DNA of 64,000 nucleotides from Polyangia bacterium (GTDB lineage Bacteria; Myxococcota_A; Polyangia; Palsa-1104; JAEUJZ01): NCBI GenBank assembly GCA_044222245.1, contig JBGANQ010000021.1, positions 3,597 to 67,596 of the forward strand, read 5' to 3'. Shown piece by piece: positions 63,796 to 64,000 of this stretch (position 1 is its first letter; each line of letters starts with the position of its first letter). The notes under the pieces were generated by a model. It saw only the letters and a program-made list of their open reading frames with translations, ran no database searches and was not told where the DNA came from. The position numbers and the translations under genes were made by a program.

Positions 63796-64000
63796 CTACG
63801 GGCTGCCGGCCGGGGGCGCCGGCGCCGCGGCGGGGGCCGGAAGAGGAGTCGCCGCGGGCGCCGCACTAGGCCAGCTGACCTGCCAGGTGCGCAGCATCTC
63901 CATCGCCACCGGCGCCGCGCGGCCCTTGGGGACGCCGCACACGATGGCGACCAGGCGGCCGTGGCGCAGGACCGAGAACTCGCGGTCCGCGAGCTCGCGC
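63796..64000 (-). CDS. 3' end of a hypothetical protein running off the window
   Basis: Manual translation RELADREFSVLRHGRLVAIVCGVPKGRAAPVAMEMLRTWQVSWP...GSP*; GC3 bias. Confidence 0.55.
   Translation of the reverse strand, partial: RELADREFSVLRHGRLVAIVCGVPKGRAAPVAMEMLRTWQVSWPSAAPAATPLPAPAAAPAPPAGSP

Overview
Very GC-rich bacterial DNA whose gene content (Hanks-type Ser/Thr kinases with PEGA domains, FHA/TPR proteins, an AgmX/PglI C-terminal domain protein, many lipoproteins) points to Myxococcota; the taxonomy is inferred. Most of the window is housekeeping and envelope genes: ligA, secA, rnhA, xseB, rsfS, rlmH, dacB, a DegP-like protease, an Slt-like transglycosylase, an ECF sigma/anti-sigma pair, and an EndoQ-UvrD pair. 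The accessory highlight is a ~10 kb minus-strand extracellular contractile injection system (eCIS, Afp/PVC-like) tail module at 37307-47127 with four odd features. (1) A tail-assembly-chaperone gene ends in a G_GGG_GGA slippery heptamer, followed by a 6-nt spacer and a 12-bp stem-loop, and leads into a start-less DUF6760-like ORF in the -1 frame that is absent from the ORF track. This looks like a lambda G/GT-style programmed frameshift. (2) Two tube genes each encode two fused gp19-like domains, alongside one normal single-domain tube gene. (3) An intrinsic terminator sits inside the operon. (4) No spike, baseplate or ATPase genes lie adjacent. secA and one large kinase gene are frameshifted, most likely by assembly indels. 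No rRNA, tRNA, CRISPR array or mobile element was recognised. All assignments come from reading motifs by eye; no searches were run.
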